From the human T2T-CHM13v2.0 reference genome, Homo sapiens: a DNA stretch of 64,000 nt. The notes under the pieces are model-generated. The model had not been told where the DNA came from and ran no database searches. It saw nothing but the letters and a program-made list of their open reading frames with translations. Each line of letters opens with the position of its first letter. Positions within the stretch are counted from its first letter, which is position 1. Made by a program: the position numbers and the translations under genes. Positions 45,848-61,240 of this stretch are shown piece after piece. The DNA lies in the NCBI RefSeq assembly GCF_009914755.1, contig NC_060930.1. One strand, written 5' to 3'.

Positions 45848-47739
45848 CTGCAAGCAGATGAGCACCAGTGGTAGCAGGCAGTGGGCCCCAAGCCTCCCCA
45901 ACTCAATCCCTCAATGGTGAGCCTGGGAGCCCTGTGGGGCAGCACTCCTGATGCTCTTTCTCCAACCAGCCCCTGGTTAGAAGGTCAGGGAGGCAGTGGG
46001 GGGCAGTGGGTGAGGGCCAGACAGCCTAAGTGCTAACCCCAGCTCCCACACAAGTAACAACCTGTCAAGCCTGTTCCCTCATCTATGAAAATGGCTGCAA
46101 AGCCAAGCAGTGACAGAGCCAGGTCTAGAACCCAGGGGCCCTGTATCCCATGTCCTCTCCATTTGCCCAACGAGTATTTATTGAGAGCCTTCTATGAACC
46201 AGGCATTGTTCTAAGAATCTTGAGCATATATCGCTGAGCTCCCAAAGCCCCTGCCCTCAGGGAGCTTATATGCTAGTTGAGAGCAGGGGAGATGGACGAT
46301 TAAAATAAAAAGGAAACAGAAACAGTATACAATATGAGGTGAAAAAAATAAATCACCCTAAGGCAGATAGGGAAATCTGGGAAAGGAGCAGGGGTTGCCA
46401 CTTTAGAGAGGCTGCTCAGGCCTCCCTGACATTAGCATTTGAACAGACCTGAAGGAGGTAGAGGAGTGAGCTCTGTGGGTATCTAGAGCAGAGAGGGGAT
46501 GCCAGGCAGAGGGAACAGTAAGTGCAAAGGCCCTGGGGCAGGAGCATCTGAGACTTGTCCAGTGAACAAGAAGGCCCGAAGGCCCGTGTGTCTGGAGCAG
46601 CAGGAGCACGGGGGAGAAGGCTGGGAGGGGAAGGCAAGGGCAGGAGTCAGCGGAAGAACTGCACTTGGACTCCAAGTGAGAAGGGAGCTGCTGGAAGATG
46701 CTGAGCAGACAAGTGACGTGACCTGACTTCTGAAACTCTCTGTGCTGTGGAGAATAGATCATAGGAGGTCAAGAGCAGAAGCAAGGAGACCAGTGAGGAC
46801 GTTCTCCAGAGGCAATGGGGGCTGGAATGGGGCAGCAGGAGAGGAGTGAGAAGAGGTTGGATTCTGGACAGATTTGAAGGTAGGGCTGACAGGATTTATG
46901 GACAGTTGGGATGAGTGGGGGTGGGGGTAGAAATCTAAGATGACATCTGAGCAATTGGAAGGGTGGAGGTGGGGTTTGTGGGGCTGGGGAAGACTGGAAA
47001 GGGCAGGATATCAGGCATTTGGTTTAGGGGCTGGGGGTGTTGAGAGGCCTACTAGATGCCCCAGTGGAGGGGTGGGGCAGGCAGCGTGGGTGCACATATC
47101 TGGAATTTGGAGAGGTTGAGGAAGACATATATTGGAATCCTTGGCACCACATGGTGGTTAAGACCCAGGATCAGATGAGATTGCCCAGCATCTGAATGCA
47201 GATAGAGAAGCAGAGAGGGGTACCCCAACATCTAGAAGCAGGGGAGAAGAGTAGAAACCAGAAGAGGAGGTCGAGGAGACACCAGTGGGGTAGAGGAGAC
47301 CAGGTGAGTGGGGTGTTCTGGAAGCCAAGGGAAGAAAGAGTTTTGGGGGAAGGAAGGAGAGGTGACCCCCAGGGTCAAAGGCTGCGAGAGACCACAGTAA
47401 ATCAGGACTGAGAGTGGCCATGGAATGGACATCCTTATTTTCAGGTTTCTGGAGACCTTGACAAGTGGTTTCCACGGAGGGCTGCAGAGAGGAAATTGAG
47501 ACATGATACAAACAACTCTTTGCTGGAGAGAGCAGAGAATGGGGAGGTGGGAGGCATGGAGGGTGCAGCACAGAGGAAGGGCGGCCAGGAACGCCCCAGA
47601 GCAGGAGGTGGGGGTGGGGCGGGAGGGGAGCTTGCCCACACTGGCCACCTCTTTCATTGCTTCGCCTTGAGGATGTCCTGCCCTCCCAGTGAGGCTGATT
47701 TGAGGGAGGTACTCCGAGCACCACAGAGAGCTTCCTCAC

Positions 47740-47865
47740 CTTCCGGGGGGACTGGAGAGTGCTGGGTGGGCGTCTTCAGCCTGAAGATCCCTCCAAAAAA
47801 GGGCCCACACACCAGGGCTCGCCGCTGGGTCTTGATGTACTGGAGCAGCTCATACAGGACGTCAC
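47740..47865 (-). CDS. ETV7: ETV7 exon 4 (end of PNT domain GDVLYELLQYIK...)
   Basis: Acceptor ccag|GT, donor G|gtgagg; 126 nt, phase 1-1. Confidence 0.95.
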
Positions 47866-49249
47866 CTGGAGGTGGGTGGGAGGGAGGGCAGGCTGCTGAA
47901 CAGGCCACGTGGGGAGGGCCAGCCTCATCCCCCTGCAGCCACCTGCCTCAGGGCAAGGGCTGGCATGTCTTGTCACAGCTTCATGCCGATGGCAAAGGGG
48001 TTCCTGCTGCAGCTAACAGGAGGCTGGGCTGGCAATGGGCAGAGATGCTGCTGCTCCCGTGGTGGATGAATTTTAGAAAGACATCCTTTCCTGCCGGTAC
48101 ACGCAGCCGCCTCCAGGGCATGCAGCTTGCAAGGTCAGGCTGTTTCTCAACCCTCGCACACACCCTTGGCTGAGGGCTTGTGCACAGTGCATAAACTGTG
48201 CAGCTGTACCTCACGTTCCTGGGAGCAGAGACAGTTCTAAGGCTCATGGGATTCCAAGCTTTATTGAAAGTCTGCCCTGCCTTCTAAGGAGCAAAGCTGT
48301 CTTAGCCTCTTCCTAAAAGGCAGAATGAGTAGCTGCTTCAATAAATGATTGAAGAAAGGAAAAGCCAGGTGCGGTGGCTCACACCTGTAATCCCAACACT
48401 TTAGGAGGCTAAGGCAGGAGGATTGCTTGAACCCAGGAGTTTGAGACCAGCCTGGGCAACATGGATAGACCCTGTCTCTACAAAAATTTTAAAAATCAGC
48501 TGGGTATGGTGCGCATATCTGTGGTCCCAGCTACTTGGGAGGCTGAGGCAGGAGAATCACTGGAACCCAGGAGGTTGAGGCACAAGTGAGCTGTGTTCAC
48601 GCCACCAAACTCTAGCCTGGGCAATAGAGTGAGACCCTGTCTCAAAAAAAAAAAGCCAGAATTGGGCTCTGTCCTTGGTCCCAGAAATCTCCTTTGACTC
48701 ATACCTTGGGCTAAGGTGCTGATAGTAGGGCAGGAAAGAGGGGATCTGTGGGTAGAGAGCCAATCTGGGGATCCCAGGCAGCCAGAGGGATACAATGTAG
48801 ACAGTGGGCACTCGAGGACCAGGAGTGCTTGTAGGAAGGTGGAGAGACGAACAAGGGCATGAAGGGGACCAGCCCCAAGCTCACCTGCTTCCCCGCTTTG
48901 CCTCAGTGCAGGACCATCAGGGCTGTGGGGAAGCTGGAAGCCTTGTCTCTCTGTCCCTGCCCTCCCCTCACCTCCCACTAGAGCTCTTGAATCCAAGCTC
49001 TTAGAGAGACGAAAGTTCCAGCAGCTGCTACAGGAGGCTCACAGTGGGAAGTGGGTGATAGAACTTGGGATGTCAGCTGGGAGCAGTGGCTCATGCCTGT
49101 AATCCCAGCACTTTGGGAAGCCAAGGTGGGCAAATCACCTGAGGTTGGGAGTTTGAGACCAGCCTGGCCAACATGGTAAAACTCCATCTCTACCAAAAAT
49201 ACAAAATTAGCCGGGCGTGGTGGCAGGCGCCTGTAATCCCAGCTACTCA

Positions 49250-49408
<159 letters not shown>

Positions 49409-50158
49409 TTAGGTATAAACAGGCAAATCAGCAGATTTCAGAACGTCTCTTTGCCAAATACACTGTGGGCTTGCTTGGCCAAAAGACAAGGAACACAGAA
49501 AACATGAGCGAATTCTTAAGAAAAAGACACCAAATCAGCACAAACAAAAGAGCCACTGAAAACAAGCCACACAAGACTCAGATGCGATTCTAGAGGTTCC
49601 TGGAAGGCCCTGCTGCCCGCTACCACTGGCCACCCTCCCTCCCACCACCAGTCCCTCCCCACAAACTCCGTGCTGCTGGAACACCATCATCTGACATTCA
49701 TTCCTTTGCCCTCAGACCTAGTTTCTGGTTAAAATCAAAAGTCATATTGGAAGTCAAGGATTTTGCTGTTACCACCCATTTATACCTCAGTGTGAATGAA
49801 TATTTGATCTTTCTCTAGTTGGTTTTTTGTTCAGTAGGGGTAGCGGGTGGGAGGCAACAGGATGGAAGTGGATAGAGGAGACAAGGGCCACAGATAAAGG
49901 GAAGAGAAAGCGAGAGAGCAGAACAGGCCCCTACAGCTCTGAAAACAAGTGGTCAAATGGACTCCCTTGCTGAAGGCCTGCTCTAGCTAGGAACCACCAG
50001 ATACACACGTTTGCAGAGGGGCATCTGCAGTGCTGGAAATGAGCATGATTCCCCAAGGAAGACCCCTCCATCTCCCTCCCTGGGCCCCCCGGGGGTACTT
50101 GGGCCATCCTGGCCTACCAGGGTTCCCGCTTAGAGGAAAGCCTGTGCGTTTCCCTGAC

Positions 50159-50323
50159 CTGAGCTGGGCGCACGGTGCCGGAAGTCGTCCTTGGTGAGGA
50201 TGCAGAGGGCGCGTCCGTTCATCTCGAACCCATGCTCCGCGGTGCATGGCAGAGAGTACTCCTGCTCTGCCCAGCGCAGCCAGTGCAGCACGTCCTCCCT
50301 GCTCCACAGTGCGGGCTGGATGC
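50159..50323 (-). CDS. ETV7: ETV7 exon 3 (PNT/SAM domain IQPALWSREDVLHWLRWAEQEYSL...MNGRALCILTKDDF)
   Basis: Acceptor tgcag|GC, donor G|gtcagg; 165 nt, phase 1-1; Pointed-domain motif. Confidence 0.96.
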
Positions 50324-50802
50324 CTGCAACCAGCAAGGACCAGTCCCATCACTCCCCGTCGGGCCTCCTCAAAGAAGCCCACCCTGAACACTTCATCTGA
50401 GCAGATGCTCCCCTGTCCTGGCCCCCAACCCCCATCATCTTCTGTCGCTGCCACCTGTTTCTTTCCTTCCTAGCATGTTACGTTCTTTGTAATTACATTT
50501 TACATTGGATAGAATTATGTGTTCGTGTTTGTCATTATGTATGTAGCATGTATTTATTCACTTATTTATTGTTGGTACCTCCCCACCACCTGTTTTCCAA
50601 TCATTCATTCAACAAGTGTTTAACGAGAACCTACTATGTGCCAGCACTGGACTAGGCGTGCTGGAGCACACTGTTATGTGTATTCAGCACCTAGAACAGT
50701 GCCTGGAACACAGTAGGTGCTCAGAAAACACATGTTGAGTGAGTACTTGAATGACTGAACAACCCAATGAAAGGGGTGTTACTGGCCAGGCGCGGTGGCT
50801 CA

Positions 50803-51140
<338 letters not shown>

Positions 51141-51411
51141 CTAGCCCACACGCATACAGGCAGCATGGGGCACAGCCGGGCTGTCTGGCTATTGAACTTT
51201 TCTGCTCCATTGTGCCAACTTGGAATCAGGTTTGCTCAGGGAACAGCCCAGGGGACAAAGGGAGCCTCCTACACTCACCTTCAGTGCATGTGTTTTTATT
51301 TCTGGCAGTAGCCAGACAAGTGGCTGCTTATTCTCCCCACGTTTCCACTTTGCCTGGGACTGCTACGCTCCTAATGCCAAGTTTTGGATAGTGTTCAGCA
51401 GGGCTACGTTA

Positions 51412-51771
<360 letters not shown>

Positions 51772-52948
51772 CTATTTTATGACTGCACTGGTGTAAAGAC
51801 TCAGAGCTCACTGGGTTCAGTTCTACAGGTAAGAAAGTTGAGGCAGAAGAGAGAAGCAACTGTCCAAGGCCACACCTTGGCAATGATAAAGACCAGACCA
51901 GCCTCTGCTCCCTTATACTCAAAGCAACACAGGAAATGAACTTAATTTTAACATTTAAAACAAAGGAGATCTGCATCTTTCCTTGTTCATTCATTCAGCC
52001 AATATCTAATGAGTACCAGCTTGTGTCAGTCACTGTGCAGGGCTAGGGACACGGCACAGAACCAGGCTGGCAGGAGGGAGGAGCCCCACCACCAATAACT
52101 CTAACGATAGTCCTCCCGACGGCACACAGGGAACGTTCACTGTGCTGAGAAAACAGAAAGCAAGGAGCTAGAGCCCAGTTTAAGAGTGAGGAAAGGTTTC
52201 CTTTACTTCTATTTTGGGACCTAAAAATGAGTAAGAGAAAAGAGTACATGTCTGAAATTGCCAAAAAAATTATTTAAGGCAGGAAAAAAGAATACATGTG
52301 AGAACTGGCCTCTGTGGTACTGCATGTGACAAAGCCATGTAACTAAGATCGAATGGTCTTATGCTAAGATTGGCAAGTATCATTGGAAAAGAAGGTGGAG
52401 CCCAGGAGCAAGTAAGTGTTCATGCACGCACACACGCGTGCCTATGTGTGTATGTATATTTTGTAAAGTTAATACATGACAGAGGCAGGATTTTAATTCA
52501 GAGGGAAAGGATAGTTAATCTAATATGAAAAAAAAAAAAAAAAACCTGACTCTCCACCTGGAAAAAAATACATTTGGGTCCTCACCTCCCACCATTCACA
52601 TTCACAAAAATCAATTGTAGGTAGATTAAAGGCATAAAGAATAGAAAAATACAAATCTTAATAGAAGTAGAAATCAAAAACCAAATGCACTCAATAAGAG
52701 CAGAGAGGACCTCAACCATGACAGGAAACGCAGAGGCTGTAATAAAAACGAAACACACATTTGACTACATTAATTTTCTGTGTTTGCTGCAAAAGATACC
52801 ATAAACAAAACTAAAAGAGGGTAGATTTCGGGGAAATATTTGCAATGCAGATGACAGATAAAAGGTTAATGCCTACCATAGGTCAAGAGCATCTGTAAAT
52901 TGATTTTTTTAAAGACAAAAAAAATCTTTCCAGCAATCCCAGCAAAGC

Positions 52949-53160
52949 AGGATTTCTCAACCTCAGCACTATTGACTCTTTGGGACTGATAATTTTTTGC
53001 TGTGAAGGCCTATCCTGTGTGTTGCAGGATGTTTAGGAATACCCTGGTCACTATCCACTCAATGCCAGCCTAGTTCTAACAACTAAAAATGTCTCCAGAC
53101 ACGGCCAAATGTCCCCGGGGGGAAAGGAGCAGCAAAATTGCTGCCAGGTGAGATCCCCTG
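52949..53160. mobile_element. MER20 (hAT-Charlie)
   Basis: tttctcaacctcagcactattgac...aatgtctccagac. Confidence 0.7.
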
Positions 53161-53946
53161 TGGCACAGCAAATCCACCAATAAGCATGTGACAAGACATG
53201 TCACCTCAATAGTCAGGGAAATGTACCATCAGAGAAGAATAAGATATTTAATAGCAGGAGTGCAGGGAAAAGGATGCTTTGCTGGTGAAGATAGGAATTT
53301 AGAGCCGCGATGGGAGATGAGTCTGGTGATACATGAGACGCCGAAAGCTGACTTAGTGTAAAATGTGGAGGCCACACGATGGGCAGATTCCTGAGGGGTC
53401 GAGGGCAGGCCTCCACAGCCAGCCAGGGCTTCCGCGGCTAGGGTGTCAACCGCCAATTGCATTGTACCTGAACTCATATTTTTTGTGTAGTTCCCCTAGT
53501 TCACCATATTGGAGGCGTCAGCCTGAAAATTCAAAACTGTGATTCCTGGCCTGTTGTGGTGGCTGAGGCCTATAATTCCCAGCAGTTTGGGAGGCAGAGG
53601 AGGGAGGATCATTTGAAACCAGGAGTTTGAGACCAACCTGGACAACATAGTTAGACCCTTGACTCTACAAACAAAAAATTTTTTTTTAATTAGCCAGGCA
53701 TGGTGGTGCATGCTTATAGTCTCAGCTACTCAGAAGGCTGAGGAGGGAGGGATTGAGCCCAAGAGTTCACGGATGCAATGAGCTATGATATTGCCACTGC
53801 ACTCCAGCCTGGGCAACAGAGTGGGACCCTGTCTCTTAAAAAAAAAAAAAGAAGAAGAAGAAGAAGAAGAAGAAAAAGAAGAAGGCCGGGCGTGGTGGCT
53901 CATGCCTGTAATCCCAGCACTTTGGGAGGCCAAGGCAGGCAGATCA

Positions 53947-54336
<390 letters not shown>

Positions 54337-56669
54337 TCAGATAACCCATTTAAAAGCAGCATCTGGCATGTGGCATGTGCTTTTTGACACACATAGAGCT
54401 ATAAATGTCAATTAGGTAATACACGTAAAATGCGTGGCACAGGGTCCAACACCTGGTGGGTATTATCTAGGGCGTCAATCACCCTCAAGAAGTCTCCCTG
54501 ACCCAGTTGCCAGGATGAGAGTAACTGGGGCTCCCCTTCCCAATGTAAGGTGAATGTGGGACTTCACCTGCAGATCAGCCCCCGGCCTCTCCCTCTCTTG
54601 GCAATAATCCATTGCATTTTCAGTTCTTTCCCATTAACCATCTTTGTCTCTCAAGACTCCAGGCAAATGTCACCTCACTCTCCCGGCCCAGTGGCCTGCT
54701 AACTGAGGATTTCCAGCTTGGCCAGCTCCCGACTCCCAGCTCCCAAGGCAGATATGGACAGAGTCCCCTGGCTGGGGCAGCAAGAGGAGCTGCCTGTCCA
54801 GGACACAATTGGAGGGCTCAGGTGTCTCCCTGAAGAGTCAACACTGTTGTCCCCTACCTCCTCCCAGAGCAGGGCTACATGTGGGGGCTCCCCTCCACCT
54901 CCCAGCTATATCACGTCCACTGCCCTTATCTGTGGACATAGCGCTTCTTTACATAGTCACTGAATCCCCAACTAGAATGTAAGCTCCAGGAGGCACAGAC
55001 TTTGCCTGTCTCAGTCACTGTGGTCTCTCCAGCCCCTATAGCAATGCTTGGCACATAGTAGCTGCTCAATAAAAATAAATTGCTTAAATAAGTGAGTTGA
55101 GCAAAGCAGTGTGGGGTCACCCCCAGGGCCTCCTTGCCTGCCCCTTCTCCAGCCCCTGACTCCCACCCCGACCCCGACTGGACCTCTCTTCCCACAGCAC
55201 CCCTTTTACTCTCTTGCTGAAGAAACTATTGTTCCCAACTACCAAGCCCATCAAGTCAAAACCCCTCTGTCCTGGTTTCAAGACCCCTCAAAGTGCCCCT
55301 CCCCACCTGACCAAAGCTATTTCCCACCACTTCCCACCACACCCCTGCAGTTTACTGGGTCTAGTGAGCTCCAGGAGCCACAGAGCCTGACCAGCCTTTA
55401 GCAACCAAATCAGAATGAACAGCTGGCTTCTCCCTACCTTGCAGGATCCCCTTGCAGGAAGAATGCAGGAGGCAGTTAAAGTGCTTGGCCAGTACCCTAA
55501 AAATGGGAGCTATCATCACCTGAGGCTAGAGGCAGTTTCTCAAAGCAAATGACAGCTGTGGGGTCTGAGGGATGCCGGTTCAAATCCCAGCTCCACCATT
55601 TTACTGGTAGGTGGCTTTGGACAAGATAATTCACCTATGGCCCAGTTTACACAACTGTAAGGCGGAGATAACAAAAAAAGCTACTTTCCATGCCTACTGA
55701 ATATATTCAATCAGATAATAAATACGGTATGCTCATCACAATACCTCGTCAAGAATAAAAACTCAACGAATGAATGGCCTTTATTCTGATGATCAGGATG
55801 CTGATCATCAGACCCCAGCCTGAAAACAGAGAGACTAGCTTGCTTCTCTGCCATGATGACTACGTTTTATCAATTATCATGTCCTTAGTTTATTGTGTGT
55901 CATGGTGTCTTCAGAGACTCCTTAAATCTGTCACCCCATTGCTTGGCCCCATTGTCTTGGTCGATAATCCTTTTCTTGGTAATCACACCAAGCTTTACGG
56001 TCATCACCACACTGTGGGGGCAGGGCCAGTGCATACAGTTCACGTTGTGTACTGCACAAAGATACCATCAGAGGAGGGGAATGGGAGGATGGAGGTGAAA
56101 TCCAGCTGGGACTTTGATTGGCTTCTCCCCAAAGGAGGAGTCTTTCCAATTTGCACAAAGATGCATATGGTCTAGCCCAGACCCTGCATTTAGGGAGGGG
56201 AGAGGTTCTTTATCCTCATATTAATAGTTCTTGGAATTCCCCATCTGCTTGTTTGGGTCCTCACCGCCACATTCCTTTTCATTGCCAGGTGATGTCACTG
56301 TCAGTACTCACACGTTCCAGTGAATTAGAACACTCGCTTTTAATCTCCATCCTCCCATTCCACCCCACCTCTCTGGTGTTTTACACCCACATCCATCTAA
56401 CCTCCTGCTTCTCATAGGCCATGATCTAGGGCAGCATTTCTCAAACCATTTTTGACCTCAACCCATGGTAAACAAATAATATTTTGTACCCACACACATA
56501 TATAAAAATAGCCTAAACAAAGTAGTCACGAATCTCAGCTACCTTTACTATTTATAATGCGCTCTGATGTGTTGTTCTATTTCAATTTTTAAAAATATTT
56601 ATCTTGGTCCACTAAGTGGATTTCACTTCCTTAGTAAGTCTTGACCAGCACTTTGAAAATAAATAAAAT

Positions 56670-56825
56670 GTGGTTCTCAAGCCAGCAGCATCAGCATTAC
56701 CCAGGAGTTTATTAGAAATCTGCAGAATCTCAGGCCCCATCCCAGACCTACTGCTGAACCAGCATCTGCATTTCAACACGGTTCCCAGCAGATTCATGTG
56801 CACATTAAAATCTGAGAAGCCCTGG
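56670..56825. mobile_element. MER5A DNA transposon
   Basis: ggttctcaa...agcagcatcagcattacc...agaatctcaggccccatcccagacctactg. Confidence 0.7.
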
Positions 56826-59071
56826 TCTGGAATACCGGGAAGCCACAACTGTTAGCGCTGATCTATTAAATGAAGTGCCCAGGAACTCTCTCACATGTGA
56901 AGGATGTGAACTTCAGCATGGGCACCCAAAATCTGTTCAAGCTTCCCAAAGGCCCATTTCTCCTGCTTTACACCTCCAGGGAGTCACAGAGAGGTGTTAT
57001 CCCTCTCCTTGCAACTCTGAATATAGGACACGGCACTCTACGTCTCTTCCCATGGCTTATTTACAGCTAGGAGCTTTGAAAGTCAATTTCAAAACACAAA
57101 GAAGTCTCATTTCCTCTGCATCCAAAGTGAGAAGTTCACAGACCTTTTCTCTGGGGAATAAGCTCCAGGGAAAAGAAGAGACGCAGGACCGAGAAGTAAG
57201 AGTCCTGGGTTGGAGGCCTAGTCTGGCCATTAGCATCACAGTTGACCCTTGCCCTCCCTGAGTCTCAGTTTCTCTGTCACTGAATGAGGCCATGGTGGTG
57301 ACCATCTCTGAACTGCCTCCTCTCAAAATTCTCCCAAGTTGTCCCTTGAGGGTGCATCACCTCCTCCCACTCCCCTGTGATATCAGCCCAGTTCTGAAAA
57401 TGGTCCTAGAGTCTGCACTGCCAGCTGTCCCTGCCCTGCAGCTGCGTCCCCCCATAGCTCCTGACTCACTCTGGCCTTGGGCAGACCCTCATGGCCATGG
57501 ACCAGGGATGGGGAGGTGAGAATCCTCTTTTGTTCCCCATTTCCATACAGGGAAGCATAGTTGTGAATCTCCGTGAATCCCACTCCTCCATCCCAGTAGA
57601 CCTCCTGACCCTTGCCACAACCCTGGACATCACGGTTGTCCTCAGAGTGGACTTTCCACTGCTTTACTACACATCTTTGTCAGGAAAATCAACACAAAAA
57701 AAGTGAGCTCTACAGGAAAATAACTTCCGTGCTCCTCTTAGCATCAACTCACAAGGCTAAACAAGATCTGTTTTGTTTATTCACTTCCTGCTGAGGCAAA
57801 TCAGTCCTGACTACTAAAATGGAGGTTGGAGGTAGGGGAGGGAATGGGGTGGGTGACGGGGAATAAACATCAGAGAGATGGGCAGAGATGGAAACCCAGC
57901 TTCCAGAAATTTAGGAAACTGGGCTGAGATCACCCCCAACAGGGCTGAAAAGTCGAATCTTCATTTGGTGTCAGCAGTTTGCTTGTTTGGGATGCTGTTG
58001 ACAGGAAAATGAGTCATTTGTCATCCCCTATCTTTTAAAACTGTCAGGTATTTACTAAGGGCCAGAACTGTATTGTCTGAATATTTGCAGATGTTCCAAT
58101 AAATATGAGTCATGGAATCTAAGATGACAGGTATAGAAGATGCTGCTGGGGCCCTGCCCATAGGCCCTGCCTCTCACCTCCACACTCTGAAGGCTGCCGA
58201 ATGCCCCATCTGACTCTGCCTTGGGCTTTTTCTGGCTGCAGGAACCCCTTAGCCAGTGTACAGGGTAACTTGGAAATGCTGGAGAGCCAATACCCCTGGA
58301 AACAGCATTCATGCTGTCATGGAAGGGAAGTGAGTGGATAATCCCCTTACCCACTGGTTGGAATAACTTAGGATTCACTGTCCCCAGAGATCCCCGTGGT
58401 GCTAACTGGACCAAAAGAACACCTTTGGGATTTCCTTCTCTTCTCTGTCTTTCCTCCCTACTCCTCACCAGTGTTTTAGGGTCTGCTCCTGGGGAAATCT
58501 AACCCAAGGCAACAGAACTGGTAGCTCAGGAGTTCTAATCTAGGAGAAAATAGGCCACGGTGACCTGCACCCTGAGTTATGCAATCAGAGAATAGGCTGC
58601 CTCAAGAGGGGAGGAAATGCCTGTCCCTAGAAGTGTGCAGGAAGATCTGGTGACCATCTCAGAAGGGCCCACAGAAGTGATCCTGCATTGTTTGGAGGTC
58701 CTGGTGTTCTTGATGAAGATCCCTAGTCATTCATTCATTAATTCATTCAATAGATATTTAGTGAGCCTCTGAGCTTAGGAAGTTTGGTCTTAGGGAAATA
58801 GGATTTCCCAGGGCTCAGAGGAGAGTTGTGGGTCTTGTGTTTGAACCTCACTATTAGAAAGTGTTTCTTAGAAGTTGTGTTAAAATTTCTAACCTTGGCC
58901 GGGTGCGGTGGCCCACACCTGTCATCCCAGCATTTTGGGAGGCCGAGGCGGGTGGATCACAAGGTCAGGAGTTCAAAACCAGCCAGGCCAATATGGTGAA
59001 ACCCCATCTCTACTAAAAAATACAAAAATTAGCCAGGTGTGGTGGCACACACCTGTAGTTCCAGCTACTCA

Positions 59072-59185
<114 letters not shown>

Positions 59186-59822
59186 CTAAAGAAAACTCAG
59201 CAAAGAAACAGCAAACAGAGGGAAGGTAAGTTAATCTTGGCACCTGGCAAAAATTAAATTTTTAATTGACAAATTATAAATAATAATTGTATATATTTAT
59301 GCAATACAAAGTTATGGTATGAGATATATATAAAATTTTGGCCAGACACAGTGGCTCATGCCTGTGATCCCAGCACTTTGGGAAGCCGAGATGGGAGGAT
59401 TACTTGAGCCCAGGAGTTTGAGAACAACCTGGGCAACATAGAGCAACCCTGTCTCTTATTTAAAAAAAAATTTAATTTTAAGGGCCAGGTATAGTGGTTC
59501 AGACCTGTAATCCCAGCACTTTGAGAGGCAGAGGCGAGAGGATAGCTTGAGCCCAAGAGTTCAAGACCAACCTGGGCAACATACTGAGATTCCCATTTCT
59601 ACTAAAAATTTTAAAATTAGCCAGTGTGCCTGTAGTCCCAGCTATTGGAGAGGCTGAGGTGGGAGGATTACTTGAACCCAGGAGCTGGAAGTTGAAGGTG
59701 CAGTGAGCTATGATTACACCACTGCACTCTAGCCTAAGTAAGCAACAGAGCAAGACCCTGGATCTAAAACAAAATAAAAATTTACTTTTAAAAACTCAGC
59801 TTTTCTCCTCCCCTCTACTTAC

Positions 59823-59958
59823 GGAGTCTTCCTGGCAGCTTGCAGATCCCCCCTTCACCCAGCAGGTTAATTTGAGCTTCACATCTGGCTTGCACGTGGG
59901 TGCCTAGGGGAGGCATGGCTGCCACAGGGCTTATAGGAGAAATAGCCAATTCTCCCTC
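59823..59958 (-). CDS. ETV7: ETV7 exon 2 (EGELAISPISP...KLPGRL)
   Basis: Acceptor ctag|GAG at 59959/59958, donor C|gtaagt; 136 nt. Confidence 0.93.
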
Positions 59959-61116
59959 CTAGAGAGAGAAAAACCAGGACAGTTAAAGAAGAGCATCTTG
60001 GTGAAGGCTCAGCCATCTTTAAATGTCTTAAGAATTTTTTTGGAAGGGAAAGAGTGTTTATCTCCACCAGAAGACTGCATCAACCTTAAAGGTAGGAACC
60101 ATGTATATCTTCAACTCAGTACCATCAACATTTTGTACCCAGTGGACACAATAAATGACATCCTTCCAATTCAAGCTTTCCATGCATGTGCCTAACTCCA
60201 AGAGGGATCCCCTGCCAAGACTTGTATGATTGAAATCTGAAAGCCTAGGAATCCTCACTGGATCCCTGGTGAGGACAACACAGGAAACCTGAGGGGCCAG
60301 GATCAAAAGACCTTAAATCAGAAATAAACAAATAGACCAGGTGCGGTGGCTCACACCTATAATCTCAACACTTTGGGAGTCTGGGGCGGGTGGATTACTT
60401 GAGGTCAGGAGTTTGAGACCAGCCTGACCAACATAGTGAAACATTGTCTCTACGAAAAATACAAAAATTAGCCGTGCGTGGTGACCGGCGCCTGTAATCC
60501 CAGCTACTCAGGAGGCTGAGGCAGGAGAATCACTTGAACCCGGGAAGCGGAAGTTGGAGTGAGCCAAGATCACGCCACTGCACTCCAGCCTGGGCAAGAG
60601 AGCAAGACTCCGTCTCAGAACAAACAAACACTATTTTCAAAAGAGAAAAAGAAAGGATAAGGATACATTTCTGAATCCTAAGGTCTCACCACGGGAAGCC
60701 TGTATCTTTACAATTCAACAATCAGCATGGCCCCCAGAGATGACGGGGTTCATCCATTCAGATGAGAAAATGAAGAAAGTGGCAGGATTTTGTAGGAATA
60801 GGAAGCTCCTTCGGGCTCATGCCCAGCCACAGGCTGCCACAGCACGGAAAGGAAAAGTGAAACCAGCTCCATCAAGTCATTTTTCACTCTAGGATTGTCA
60901 AAAGCTTTACATTCATCTCTTGGGATCCGAGGAGAGATATCTGCCGAGAGAGAATTTGGATCGGAGCCAGCAAAGCAAACTCCAGAAGCCTTGGCTGCTG
61001 CGAAAGGGGATTCAACACCTTTCGGGGTCGTTCTCACTTCATTTCCAGCCGGTCCCCCTTTGGTGCTGTTTCCCAAGTAATCAGACCTCAGGGGTTGCCT
61101 CCTGGTGGGGAAAGGG

Positions 61117-61240
61117 AAGCTTGCCTTGCTGGAGAAGGGGCTCAAGGCACAGGACTTGCCTCGGACTTGCCAAGGAGGCTTGCAGGAGGCTCTTTGTCTA
61201 CTCCTCTGTCCTCATCCAAGTAAGAGGAGCGGGGAATTCC
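61117..61240. promoter_or_regulatory. p53 half-site cluster and NF-kB site in ETV7 intron 1
   Basis: AAGCTTGCCT (61117-61126), GGACTTGCCT-c-GGACTTGCCA (61152-61172), GGGGAATTCC (61231-61240). Confidence 0.5.

Noticed and set aside
47496-48173. 225-aa plus-strand ORF antisense to ETV7 exon 4
   Set aside because: Low-complexity, GC-rich, no recognisable domain; partly L2-like flank and antisense shadow of a real exon
53330-53520. Faint resemblance to 7SL/7SK RNA
   Set aside because: Only short, non-colinear matches; not enough to call an RNA pseudogene
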